Source: Octopus sinensis
Taxonomy: Eukaryota
Direction of reading: 5' to 3'
Length of the DNA: 40,144 bases
Assembly: GCF_006345805.1 (NCBI RefSeq)
Contig: NW_021835829.1
Location: forward strand, 1-40,144
Shown: in pieces, positions 24,972-36,677 of the stretch
Layout of the letters: every line of letters starts with the position of its first letter
Numbering within the stretch: position 1 is the stretch's first letter
The notes under the pieces: model-generated
What the model was told of the DNA's origin: nothing
Database searches by the model: none
The model's input: the letters and a program-made list of their open reading frames with translations, nothing else
Made by a program: the position numbers and the translations under genes

Positions 24972-25480
24972 CGAAGGCTTCTTTCAGTTTCCGCCTAAGG
25001 CATCCACTCACAAGGCTTTGGTCGCCCAAGGTGCCACGCAGTGGGACTGAACCCGGAACCATGTGGTTGGTAAGGAATCTACTTACGATACAGCCACTCC
25101 GGCACCTATTGCAAATAAATGGAGAACGAAACGAGTCGTTTGAGCAATCGCACAATTATAAAACTTTCTCCTACTGGGAACAGATGCACAAAAATCTGCA
25201 TTGTACGCAGCGCCAATGTACTTTCACTCTAACACATCAAGTAACACTATAGGACTCTGAGAGCACTCTTTCAAAAACCGCCTGCACCGCCGCAACACAT
25301 CATCCCGTTATCGCCACCAAGGTAGAACTACAGCACTTTCGAAGCATATTTGGAAGGTAAGAGCAAACGGAATGACTATCAACATCGCACAGACAATATT
25401 AGATCAGGTACCGAACGCAATTCCAAATGGAACGAAGTGCAGAGAAACTACACATCCGAAAGGAAAGTTTAAAAAATGAT
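23480..25480 (+). mobile_element. Decayed Penelope-like element (RT, linker and GIY-YIG), interrupted by SINEs
   Basis: VIT*FKGIENK / FDVAD (about 23500-23580), GLYRDDGL (23778-23801), NIKISYRC (about 24613-36), IGL*EHSFKNRLHRRNTSSRYRHQGRTTALSKHIWKV..IAQTILDQ..GTKC (about 25247-25440). These follow the PLE motif order. Confidence 0.8.
24671..25106 (-). mobile_element. CORE-type SINE with a partial internal deletion, inserted in the PLE
   Basis: TTCAGTCATTTGACTGCGGCC..GTGCCACGCAGTGGGACTGAACCCGGAACC..CAGCCACTCC. Confidence 0.9.
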
Positions 25481-25559
25481 AATTTCGACGTTCCGTTACA
25501 TAATAGAATTTCTTTTTAAAGAATTTCAATGCTGACCGGTTTGATAGCTTAAAAAATGA

Positions 25560-25760
25560 CAATAGACAACAATGATTACGGGATCATTTGAAAACGTAGT
25601 AATTGTTGTTGACTGAGCTAATTTCTCAATCCACTGGATATATGGGCAGTCGACCGAAAAAGTCCATTGATCCAAACCAAGGTTCGGAAATATAATCCCG
25701 TCTAAGCTCTCCACAAATAAACATATATGGGATTCAAGCATAAAGTACTGACGAGCACTT
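25560..25760 (-). mobile_element. Possible RT fragment of a second PLE clade
   Basis: MLESHICLFVESLDGIIFPNLGLDQWTFSVDCPYIQW resembles MGSPxSxxIAxLFMExLE..WxRYVDDxFxxW, but it is heavily decayed. Confidence 0.3.
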
Positions 25761-25792
25761 TTATGCTGATACACAACAAAACAACCTACGTA

Positions 25793-25794
<2 letters not shown>

Positions 25795-25833
<39 letters not shown>

Positions 25834-26240
25834 ACACACACAAGCACAAATAGACACACACAGACACACACACATACATACGCAAACACACACAGAGAAA
25901 CACAGAGAAACACAGACACATGCACAGACACACAAACACACACAGACACAAGCACGCACATACACACATACGCGCACACACAAGCACACACATACAAACG
26001 CACACACACAGACACACAAACACAAACACACACACAAGCACAAACACACACACACGCACGCACATACAGACATACGCGCACACACAAACACACACGCACG
26101 CACGCTCAAGCATACACACACGCAAACACACACAAAAACATACACACATACACACTAACACACACATACAAACATGCACACAGACACACACAGGCACACA
26201 CACACAAACACACATATATACACACACAAGCACACACACA
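25795..26240. repeat. (CA)-rich degenerate microsatellite
   Basis: Direct reading. Confidence 0.92.
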
Positions 26241-26694
26241 CAAATACGTATTATATGTAAATATGCCTGTTTGTTCTCACGTGCGTGGTTTAATTCTTTT
26301 TCTTACATTTTCTTTCTGTCTTCTCTTCTCTCTTTCTCTCTCTCCATCCCCTTCTCCTCTCTCTCTCTCTCTTGCTCTTTATCTCTCTCTCTCTCTCATG
26401 CAGGCTCGCATACGCTAACTCTTCATGCCTCTCTTAAAAATCCTCCATGCTTCCTAACATCACCACCACTTCCTCCTTAAATCCATCGACACCTCCTCTC
26501 TGGCCTAATCGATTCTAAGCCATGCTGACGCAGAAGAAGAGGGCAACAGGTGGGAAATGAAATCTCAAATAAAAATAAGACAGGATTGCAGGAATAGGGA
26601 ACTAGTCACGGTTGAGTGATTAAGGTTTGAAATTATTGCATTTACGCCTCAGTGATTTCCTAACCTATAAAGGCGAGTATAGAAAGGCAGTGAA

Positions 26695-26739
<45 letters not shown>

Positions 26740-27799
26740 AACATATATATATATATATATACATGCTCGTGCCACATGAGCAGATATTAAGATGTGAACG
26801 CGCACATATAAACTCGAAGTGAACACACGCCTTAACATATCAATCAATGCAGATGGGTGGATACCGCGAAAAGGTACCCCGTAGTTAATTGGGTATTTTG
26901 TTCCATTTCCTGCACAAGGAAATACCTGGGTATCAATGACTTGCACACACACAGACGCACACAGACACGAGCACACACAGACACAGACACACAGACACAG
27001 ACACACACACACGCACACACTCATGCGCACCCGCGTGCACACGCGCACGAAACGCGAGCACAGAACAAATATTTAATTATCTCTGTCGATAACATCCGAA
27101 ATTCTAAATATGTACAAATATTTAAATGCGGATTCATGTATATACATACATGAATACACACACAAACCTGTACACACACACACACACACAAACCCACTCA
27201 CATACACACACACAAATACATACACACAAATACACACATACACACACACACACACATACGTATATTTATGTATGAACGTAGGTATGCATGTTTGTATATA
27301 TCTATCGAACTTTCATTCTGTATCCTATATGTACATATTTATATACATACGCATGTACTCACACGTACACACCACACACACATACATGCACATATATATG
27401 CGTGTATGTGTGTGTGATGTGTGCGCACGCATATAAACGCTGTTGTGTCTGGTGGTAGGGGACAGTTCGCGGGATCTTTGCAAACCGTGGAGCGCGTGTA
27501 AACTTGCTGTCGTTAATGACCCGTTTAAACCGTTGCGAGTCACGACCCGCGGAAAAGAAAGCAGTAGCAGAGAGAAGGTGCCCATAGAATTATGGTTATA
27601 GTGTGAGTGGAAAGAGCTGGACATTAATGGTCAGTGTAGGGCTTGGGATGACGGATGATGGACACAACAACGTGGTTGAGAAGTCGATGTGAAGAATGGC
27701 TCTGGGGTGTCGAAGTGATGGCGGGAAAAACCAAAATAGATCTCAGAAACCGGCCACATTAGTAGAAATAGAAAAAAAGAGAGAAGGCAGAGGAAAACA

Positions 27800-28366
27800 C
27801 ACGCTTGAGGGCCGGAGGGAAGGGGGAAGGGAGCCAGTTGATTAAATCGACCCCAGTATGCAACTGGTACTTAATTTATCGACCCCGAAAGGATGAAAGG
27901 CAAAGTCGACCTCGGCGGAATTTGAGCTCCGCAGCGGCAGACGAAATACCTATTTCTTTACTACCCACAAGAGGCTAAACACAGAGGAGACAAACGAGGA
28001 CAGACAAACGGATTAAGTCGATTATATCGACCCCAGTGCGTAACTGGTACTTATTTAATCGAGGCCGAAAGGATGAAAGGCAAAGTCGACCTCGGCGGAA
28101 TTTTAACTCAGAACGTAACGGCAAACGAAATACCTATTTCTTTACTACCCACAAGGGGCTAAACACAGAGGGGACAAACAAGAACAGACAAACAGATTAA
28201 GTCGATTATATCGACCCCAGTGCCTAACTGGTACTTATTTAATCGAGGCCGAAAGGACGAATGGCAAAGTCGACCTCGGCGGAATTTGAACTCAGAACGT
28301 AACGGCAAACGAAATACCTCTAAGCATTTCACCCGGCGTGGTAGCGATTCTGCTAGCTCGTTGCCT
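27800..28366 (-). mobile_element. SINE family A head-to-tail trimer with a 184-bp period
   Basis: ACGAAATACC at 27941, 28125 and 28309. There is a single tRNA-like head at 28320-28366. Confidence 0.92.
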
Positions 28367-28569
28367 AAAAAAGAGACGTATGAAGATAATATTCCAAGTA
28401 GAAGTTAATGCGTTAGGAGACAACCAAGAAATTCTATCAAGTAATAATTGAACATATCGATGAAATTATATATTTATGAACAAATGTTGTTACACATATA
28501 CACGTGCACGAAACTATATACTCACAGACACACACATAAACAAACATACACACACAAACCTCTGTGTGT

Positions 28570-28679
28570 ATGTGTAGTCATATATATATATACATACATA
28601 TACATACTTAGGTATACTTAGATATATGCATATACGCATTTTTGTGATAATGCATGCATCCATATCACCATATACATAC

Positions 28680-28722
<43 letters not shown>

Positions 28723-29109
28723 TATATATTGCGCGCGCGCGTTATTATTATTATATTTATAATATATTATATATATATACATATACATATATATACGTGC
28801 TCATATAAATGTTGTACACAAGTTCACATTCAAACGCTCCATTAATCGATAGACATATATATGTATATATATTCTATATATATATATATACATATATATA
28901 TGTATATATTATATATACATTAAATATATAATATACATACATACATATATATATATACTATATATATACATATATATATACTATATATATATATACATAT
29001 ATATATTTATATATATACATATATATTTATGTTTATTATATATTTATATATACACATATATAATATACATATATATATATATATATTTATATATATACAT
29101 ATATCATAC

Positions 29110-29165
<56 letters not shown>

Positions 29166-29989
29166 GTATATGTATGTATGCAATGCATTTCAATTGATAT
29201 TCATATTCAAAAATTTTCCAATTTATATTCAATCTATCAAATGTTTTAAATGCATCAATATGCATCACTAGCATATTTATGCTGCCGGTGCAAATGTATG
29301 CACACCTTGAAATGCTTGAGTGGCATAAATATAGCTGCATAAAATATCTGCCACTGCGCAGAAAGTGTGTTTTCAATTCACACACAGATAAACACAGACA
29401 CACAGACACATATACCCGCATATACACACACACACAACATATGGATGAAGTAGATAGTAATCAGTGAACGCATCGCTATTTCTTGAAAACACCACATGGT
29501 TTTCAGATTCAATCGTACATGTAGCATTTTCGGTAAGTGTCTTCAGCCACAGCTACGTATGATAAGACAAGGACGAATTAATTTTTGTTAACCAAACAGT
29601 TTGCAGCTTCGTATACTGGTGTAATTTCTCACGCAGAATACGGTTTACTTTCAACATTTTTGTCCCTCTACCTCTATCTCTCTCCATTTTCTTTCGAACC
29701 CACCACCCACGCGGATTGGAAAGCCTTCTTTATTTTTCTATCGGGAGCTTATATGCCCTTTCATTGGACTATGTTCCTTAGTCATAGCACAGTGATCACC
29801 CTAAGCTTTAAGCTTATACACAAATACCATATATATATATATATATATATCCACACACACACACACACATATATATACACATATACATATATACATATAT
29901 ATATATACATATATACATATATATATGTATGAATACGTAGATATGTGTGTATGTAATATATATACGTAATGCGTGTGTGTGTGTTTGTA

Positions 29990-30020
<31 letters not shown>

Positions 30021-30162
30021 ATATATTAGATATATATATATATATATCTACACATACATATATATACATATATATACATACATACATATGCATGAATATG
30101 TGCTTATATATATATATATACATATGTATATATACAAATACACACACACATATGTATATATA

Positions 30163-30236
<74 letters not shown>

Positions 30237-30300
30237 GTACACCCCACACAGATACATTTATGTATAGACGCATATTTTTATATATATGCAAGTATTGCTA
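28570..30300. repeat. TA-rich degenerate microsatellite blocks (about 28570-29180 and 29826-30290)
   Basis: Direct reading. A decayed CORE-SINE head lies at about 29470-29550. Confidence 0.85.
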
Positions 30301-30600
30301 TGCATCTATACACAAGCTCAAACATACGTATTGAAATATATATCACAAATTCTGTTTACGTTTTCAATCAATTCCTTCTTTGAATGACAGCCATGTTTGC
30401 TCGTTCATCGAAGCGGACAGAGAACGCACAGATTTAATCTCTGAATGGATTACTCTGTCCATACTTACCCACGTCGTAAGTCGACCGTAAAACGTCTTGC
30501 AAAATCTGTAAGTCTCAAATGCACTTTGTTAAAATCTGTTGAATTTCGGGTACGTAGATATCGGGTGTTTTGGGTATATATCCTGTATATCTAATTGTGT

Positions 30601-30985
30601 GGAGGCGCAATGGCCCAGTGGTTAGGGCAGCGGACTCGCAGTCATAGGATCGCGGTTTCGATTCCCATACTGGGCGTTGTTAGTGTTTATTGAGCGAAAA
30701 CACCTAAAGCTCCACGAGGCTCCGGCAGGGGATGGTGGTGATCCCTGCTGTACTCTTTCACCACAACTTTCTCTCACACTTCCTGTTTCTGTTGTACCTG
30801 TATTTCAAAGGGCCGGCCTTGTCACTCTCTGTGTCACGCTGAATATCCCCGAGAACTACGTTAAGGTACACGGTCTGGAGTGCTCAGCCACTTACACGTT
30901 AATTTCACGAGCAGGCTGTTCCGTTGATTCAGATCAACCGGAACCCTCGTCGTCGTAACCGACGGACTGCTTCCATCCATCCATC
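30601..30985 (+). mobile_element. tRNA-derived SINE 'family C', full length
   Basis: A box TGGCCCAGTGGTTAG (30611-25), B box GGTTTCGATTCCC (30655-67), 3' CCCTCGTCGTCGTAACCGACGG and a (TCCA)n tail. Confidence 0.92.
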
Positions 30986-31035
30986 TAATTGTATTCAGCA
31001 GTAAAATTGTCAGATTTATACTAGGCCTATCATCA

Positions 31036-31150
31036 TTTCGGGGTCGATAAGTTAAGTACCAGTTACGCACTGAGGTTGATGTAATCGACTTAATCCCTTT
31101 GTCTGTCCTTGTTTGTCCCCTCTATGTTTAGCCCCTTGTGGGCCATAAAG
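31036..31150 (+). mobile_element. SINE family A long-tail form, 5'-truncated
   Basis: TTTCGGGGTCGATAAGTTAAGTACCAGTTACGCAC..TTTGTCTGTCCTTGTTTGTCCCCTC..CCCCTTGTGGG. Confidence 0.88.
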
Positions 31151-31329
31151 AAGTGAGATTTATACTTGGCCGTTTAAGAGTTATTTCGTTTACATGTAGT
31201 ATGAAGTGTAGAGACGGACCGTATATGACGAAACGGGTGCCACCACCACGCGGGTGCCTGGTGTGGACGGTTACCAGAAACCGAGTAAGATAAAGACATT
31301 ACCTGCCCCATAGTCAACAACTATAGACG

Positions 31330-32206
31330 TAGACGTTACTGTGTGGTAAGAAGTTTACTTCCCAACCATATGGTTCCGGGTTCACTCCCATTGTGTGGCA
31401 CCGTAGGCAAGTGTCTTCTACTATAGCCTTGTACAGACCAGGGCCGTGTGAATGGATTTATAGGCGGAGATTAAATGAAGCTAATCGTATATACATGTCG
31501 TGGTACTCCGTCGGTTACGACGACGAGGGTTCCAGTTGATCCGATCAACGGAACAGCATTCTCGTGAAATTAACGTACAAGTGGCCGAGCACTCCACAGA
31601 CAAGTGTATCCTTAACGTATTTCCCGGGGGAGATTTAGCGTGACACAGAGTGTGACAAGGCTGGCACTTTGAAATACAGGTACAACAGAAACAGGAAGAA
31701 AGAGTGAGAGAAAGTTGAGGTGAAAGAGTACAGCAGGGTTCGCCACTCGATCCCCCTTGACGGAGCCTCGTGAAGCTGTTTTTGTTCCGTAAACACTCTC
31801 AACGCCCGGTCAGGGAATCGAAACCGCGATTCTACGACCGCGAGTCTGCTGCCCTAACCACTGCTCCATTGAGCTTCCAGCATATATATATATATATGTG
31901 CGTGTGTGTGTGTGTTTATATATACATATACATACATAAACACACATACAAATATATACGTGTGAGTATGTGTGTAAGTGTGTGTGCGTATCTATGCCTG
32001 TCCCTCACTACCACTTCACAACCGGTGTTGGTATGTTTATGTACCTGTAATTTATAGTTTCGGGAAATATGACCAACAGAATAAGTACCAGGATTTAAAA
32101 ACGAATTAAATACCGTGGTCGATATTTCTCAACTAAAATTTCTTGTAGGCGGTGCCCCAGAATGGCCTCAATCAAATGACCGAATCGAATAAAAAGAAAA
32201 AAAAAG
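31330..32206 (+). mobile_element. Old CORE-type SINE split by a family C insertion (head about 31330-31495, 3' half about 31975-32206)
   Basis: GTGTGGTAAGAAGTTTACTTCCCAACC..GTGGCACCGTAGGCAAGTGTCTTCTACTATAG and ACAACCGGTGTTGG..GGCGGTGCCCCAGAATGGCC. Confidence 0.82.
31500..31879 (-). mobile_element. SINE family C, full length
   Basis: Reverse complement of 30601-30970, from TACTCCGTCGGTTACGACGACGAGGG to GCCCTAACCACTG. Confidence 0.92.
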
Positions 32207-32209
32207 TGG

Positions 32210-32912
32210 AAGACTATGTTGAGGTAGGAAGTCATGTAAACAAAGGTAAGATTGCTGGCTCAATTAGTGAGGTTAGATAAAATGTAATCCAGGTGTGTGT
32301 CAGGCCATAGTATGACCGACGCTCTTTCAAAAGCGAAATGATTACAAGAGAAATATCTCGCTAAGAATAAACCTGATATTCAACAAGTCGGGGGCAGGGT
32401 AACGTTGTGGTTTAACTATTTGGACCATTTTAGATTGAGGGCTCTGGGACAGGTGATTCGTATCTGGACACGCTTGGCAATAAGATGTTGCTTCACGTAC
32501 ATTCACTTGGGAAGGGAAATCTTGTCTGGTCTGAGCAGGATGGGGCTCCGCCCTATTATTCATTATAGGTTCGGGATTTTCTGAATGAACATTTTCCAGG
32601 GAGATGGGCACCACGGTCACCAGATTTTAACTCCCATGGACATTCTTCTTCATCGGGTACATTAAACCCCTTGTGTATTCTGAGAGGTTTCTTGAACAAG
32701 GACATCTTCAAAGAATTGTTGAAGCGTGTAAACAATTCAACGGCAATGAAGAGTTATTTGAAAGGGTTCATCACAATTTCAAATTCCGTATGAACACTTG
32801 TTTAGAGCTACATGGCCACCACTTTGAACATTTGTAATGGATTACCGACTTCATTGCTAATAAATCATACTTGACAAATCCCATGGCGCGTGACTTTGTG
32901 GCCACCTTATAT
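32210..32912 (+). mobile_element. Decayed Tc1/mariner-superfamily transposase (DDD/E domain) and probable right TIR
   Basis: FGPF*IEGSGTGDSYLDTL..WSEQDGAPPYYSL*VRDFLNEHFPGRWAPRSPD / LTPMD / GYIKPLVYS..RIVEAC..TCLELHGHHFEHL*, with the stop at 32835-37. The end reads CTTTGTGGCCACCTTATA. Confidence 0.9.
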
Positions 32913-33234
32913 ACGAACACACACACACGCACACATTTACACAAACACACACACACGCACCTGAACACACTAGGGGAAGTCAGACGCTAGGTTGCGAAAA
33001 GCCACTGTCATTGTAAAGCTAAATTTCCAACCACGTTATTTTGCGCAGTCCAATGCGACTGAACGTCACATAGTGTCTGTATATATAAAGATGTGTATAT
33101 ATGCCTTAAAAATGTATGCATGGATCATAGAGGCATACACAAATACATATACGAATAGGTAATATTGTATACACGTAGACACAAACATATACAGGCACAC
33201 GCCACAAATGTGTGTGTGTATATATATATACTCA

Positions 33235-33632
33235 TTTACTCTTTTACTTGTTTCAGTCATTTGACTGCGGCCATGCTGGAGCACCGCCTTTAGTCGAGCA
33301 AATCGACCCCAGGACTTATTCTTTGTAAGCCCAGTACTTATTCTATCGGTCTCTTTTGCCGAACCGCTAAGTGATGGGGACATAAACACACCAGCATCGG
33401 TTGTCAAGCGATGCTAGGGGGACAAACACAGACACACAAACATACACACACATATATATATACATATATACGACGGGCTTCTTTCAGTGTCCGTCTACCA
33501 AATCGACCCACAAGGCTTTGGCCGGCCCGGGGCTATAGTAGAAGACACTTGCCCAAGATGCCACGCAGTGGGACTGAACAGGAACCATGTGGTTGGTTAG
33601 CAAGCTACTTACCACACAGCACACTCCTGCGC
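33235..33632 (-). mobile_element. CORE-type SINE, full length and young
   Basis: Near-consensus copy, closely similar to 22620-23040. Confidence 0.93.
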
Positions 33633-33639
<7 letters not shown>

Positions 33640-33685
<46 letters not shown>

Positions 33686-34007
33686 CATATATATGCATAA
33701 ATATACGCATACGCACACATATATGATATATACACCACAAACGCACATATGTACATATAATATACACACGCACACGCATAGCATTAGATGCCAGGATAAA
33801 ATGGGACACAGCCAAACAAAAATACAATAGATGGGGGAGTGAACACGCGAAAATCAAATCCAGACAGTCTGACCGAGTTTGCAAGTGTCAGTTTTTGATG
33901 TGTGTGTGTGTGTGTGTGCACACATACATGTGTATGTGTGTATGTGTGTGTGCGTGCGGGTGTGTGTAGATACGCTATGCATATATGTATGCTTGCAAGT
34001 GTATAGT

Positions 34008-34047
<40 letters not shown>

Positions 34048-34459
34048 TTCTGAATCTATGTGTGCATATGTAAGTATATGTGTGTATGTACTTATGCATG
34101 TTTATGCTTATATCCTGATATGTCTATTTTACATATTTACGTATGTGTGCATATGTATTTATGTATGGACGCATACGTATGCACTATATATCCATGTGCG
34201 AGAGCAAGTATGTGTGTATATTTTATCGAATATATACAAACATACATACATGTTTGTAAGCATGAAAGACGTGTGAGAATATACGTACAGGCTTTTAGTA
34301 TAATAACGTATGGAAGTGTGTATATATGAGAATTCTTTCGTGTATACATGTATACGTGCATGGATATGTGTATGCATTCTATGATGGAATCTCTTTTGTT
34401 ATATTTATATACATATGTGTCTGTGTGTGTATATGTGTGTGTCTCTGTGTTCATATATA

Positions 34460-34498
<39 letters not shown>

Positions 34499-34800
34499 GC
34501 ACACATACGTACGTATAGGCTTATGTATATACGTATATATATGTGTGTATATATATACATATTTATATACACAAACATATATATATATATATTATTATAT
34601 ATATATATATATAAACACACATAGACACAAACATATATATGTGTATATATGTATATACATGCGTATACGTATGTGTGTAAGCATATACATATATAAACAG
34701 AGATAGCATTTCATACAATTATATATATTTACATAATTACGCATACGTAATTAACGATCTACGCATTCTTAGCCACAAGCATACATAAGTCTGCATTAAT

Positions 34801-34830
<30 letters not shown>
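33640..34830. repeat. TA/TG-rich degenerate microsatellite region
   Basis: Direct reading. Confidence 0.85.
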
Positions 34831-34831
<1 letters not shown>

Positions 34832-35370
34832 TAATACATATATTCATATGTTCTTACTCTTAAAACTAGGTAATCGTAATTGCAGATGTGATTGTTATTA
34901 AATTATATACAACGCTGACAACCCTGAATGCTTTTATCCGCAACAAAATTATCACGAAGTTTCTAAGATTCTGTTTCTTTGCAATATTTCGTATATATTA
35001 TTCAACGCAATTTAGATATCTACTTTGTGAATCGTAACATTTTTTTATGGAAGTGCAACAATATATATGTTTAATAATGTATATGAATAATAAATAGCGG
35101 CAAATACGTTAACTGTGAGTTCAGTACACACAACAACACACTCACATGTATACATACATACTAAAATAATAGATAGATACATACATATACATATATGTAT
35201 ATATATATACGTGTGTGTGTGTGTATTGTATGTGTATATGTGCGTTTGTGTAGACGAGCGTGTCTGTGTGTTTATGATGCAAAGAATCAGAAAGCTCCAA
35301 TATTGTAGGTTGTTACATAAGTCTTGTTCATTTGTCATTTATCATATATATTTATATCTACCTATCAATG

Positions 35371-35836
35371 TATATTTATAGACCTCCATATTAGTATGGC
35401 GATACCTATTAATATCCAGTAACGCTGCCGTAATCTCCTTTAGAGAGACTTAGTAATTTTAATATTTCTATTATTGAAAACAAGTGGATGTATTCCACTG
35501 TAACTAGGTAAATAAAATCTTCGAACAGACGGTCAGTAGCGACACTTGCTGGTTCTGACTACGCTGCATTGATAAAGGGCAACAACCCTGAAACATATCT
35601 GCAGATGTCTGACTAGCAAGGTGAAGCGGCTGACCTCCCCTGTTCGAAGGTTGTAATGGACGCAGGTTCGTGTGTCATATAGCTAGCTAGAGACGATGGC
35701 CTCTTGGAGCTAATCAGCGACAGCTTTAGTCTTATATTTATAGGCTGCCATATTTGTATGGCGATAACTATTAATATCCAGTAACGCTGCCGTAATCTCC
35801 TTTAGAGAGACTTAGTAATTTTAAAATTTCTATTAT
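35371..35836 (+). mobile_element. Terminally redundant 362-bp unit containing a decayed hammerhead (retrozyme-like)
   Basis: A 104-bp direct repeat lies at 35371-35474 and 35733-35836. The right end runs into (TA)n. Confidence 0.7.
35545..35620 (+). ncRNA. Decayed minimal type I hammerhead ribozyme
   Basis: Stem I CTGCA/TGCAG plus distal CTTGCTGGT/ACTAGCAAG. Core TTGATAA (CTGATGA with two transitions). Stem II AGGG-CAACAA-CCCT. GAAA. ACATAT-C (ACATGT-C with one transition). Confidence 0.6.
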
Positions 35837-36368
35837 ATATATATATATATGTATGTATGTATGTGTGTGTGTGTGTTTGTATGTATGTATACAGTGAATG
35901 GATGCAAGGGAAATTAGGTTAGCATTGATAACACAGTTTAATGTACAAATAGATGGGAACTTAAACTCCGACGTCTTCTTTGAGGGCCTAGCACCTCTAC
36001 ATCGTAAGTCGGCTGTACGGAAAATCCTTATGGATTTGAGATGTACAATTACATGTAGAACAAAAATGCAGATTACAGAATAAAGAAAAAACCTATAAAG
36101 TAGAAGAATTATGTGAAGGCTCATCTCGACAGCTGTTTCCAGATGGCCGTATCTTAAGATAGGTATCCCTTCTGAAGAGCCAGGTGGCAAAGTTTTGCCA
36201 CCTTACTCTTATGAAGGGATGAGTAAATCACGTTATCAATTTTATCGAGTTTTGTCTTGCAGCAGCACAAAAAGGTATGACATCATGCACGTTGATATGA
36301 ATATGGTTATTAGGAAACAGCTGTTACGATAAGATTTTTACACAATTCTGTACTTTATTTACATTATT

Positions 36369-36433
36369 TACATTTGACGGATATATGGCGTAATGGTTAA
36401 GAGCTACAAACCCCAAGATTCCGAGTTCAATTC
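36369..36433 (+). mobile_element. Decayed tRNA-like SINE head fragment
   Basis: A-box-like TGGCGTAATGGTTAAGAGC and B-box-like GAGTTCAATTC. Confidence 0.45.
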
Positions 36434-36631
36434 TGTACTTTATTAAGTTTTTCTTTATTCTGTAATCTGTATTTTGTGCTCCATGTAAATATATGTTTAA
36501 AACATATGTGAATTTAACTATCTCCCTACTTCTCGCTCTGTGTTCTTTCGCTCTGTACCCTGTCTCTATGTCTCCCTTCTCTCTCCATACACACAAATGT
36601 ATAAGTATGTATATGCATATGTACATATATG

Positions 36632-36677
<46 letters not shown>

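Noticed and set aside
25737-25768. CTGACGAG as a hammerhead core
   Set aside because: It is followed by GATA rather than GAAA, and it sits in the loop of a simple AGCATAAA/TTTATGCT hairpin.
27800-28366. CRISPR-like array reading of the periodic repeats (also at 21219-21700)
   Set aside because: The context is eukaryotic and the units are SINE bodies without unique spacers.
30469-30505. 37-nt minus-strand exon candidate with a perfect GTAAGT donor
   Set aside because: The acceptor pyrimidine tract is poor, the peptide is unrecognisable, and it is isolated.
30601-30670. tRNA gene
   Set aside because: The A/B boxes are followed by a SINE body and tail, with no acceptor stem or poly-T terminator. 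It is a SINE head, as are the other tRNA-like segments.
35898-36083. ORF MDAREIRLALITQFNVQIDGNLNSD as a PLE endonuclease C-terminus
   Set aside because: The resemblance to RxxREAxxI..LNxD is too weak by eye, and the adjacent hammerhead half is on the opposite strand.
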